From positions 1 through 14,031 of the forward strand of contig JBHGBC010000160.1 in assembly GCA_041946805.1 (NCBI GenBank): DNA of 14,031 nt, in the 5' to 3' direction. Numbering within the stretch: position 1 is the stretch's first letter; each line of letters opens with the position of its first letter. A model generated the notes under the pieces. It was given only the letters and a program-made list of their open reading frames with translations, did no database searches and had not been told where the DNA came from. A program made the position numbers and the translations under genes. Source of the DNA: a bacterium (lineage in GTDB: Bacteria > Hinthialibacterota > Hinthialibacteria > Hinthialibacterales > Hinthialibacteraceae). Positions 13,971 through 14,031 of the stretch are shown in pieces.

Positions 13971-14031
13971 ATCCTGGTCATCCTGGTCATCCTGGTCATC
14001 CTGATAATCCTGATAATCCTGATAATCCTGA
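13971..14031 (+). repeat. 9-bp tandem repeat, family E, truncated by the window edge
   Basis: (ATCCTGGTC)x3, (ATCCTGATA)x3, ATCCTGA; preceded by the palindrome GGTGGATCCACC (13959-13970). Confidence 0.95.

Noticed and set aside
13971..14031. Possible CRISPR array
   Set aside because: The units are contiguous 9-mers with no unique spacers, and no cas genes are present.

Overview
Chromosomal segment of a fairly GC-rich bacterium with AT-richer intergenic regions. It holds about 12 plausible CDSs and no rRNA, tRNA, CRISPR array or transposase. Left to right: a partial secreted protein (-); a divergent RpoD-type sigma-70 paralog (+) behind a complex promoter and leader; a cluster of REP-like palindromes; a small zinc-finger ORF (-); a secreted HEAT-repeat protein and a small membrane protein (+); a minus-strand run of HAL2-type 3'(2'),5'-bisphosphate nucleotidase, class I DAHP synthase and a divergent dihydroorotase-family amidohydrolase; two unrelated secreted proteins (-); a cytoplasmic hypothetical protein (+); a Tat-exported sugar-phosphate isomerase/epimerase (-); and a 9-bp tandem repeat at the right edge. 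Most notable: (1) the two adjacent secreted proteins end in the same 12-residue motif, E-x-P-x-x-[IV]-x-[DE]-W-x-L-[FH], a candidate C-terminal sorting or anchoring signal I cannot assign to a known system; (2) the sigma factor has lost conserved -10 and extended -10 recognition residues but keeps its -35 helix; (3) about five distinct small intergenic repeat families coexist in the window. All calls come from reading the sequence; no searches were run.
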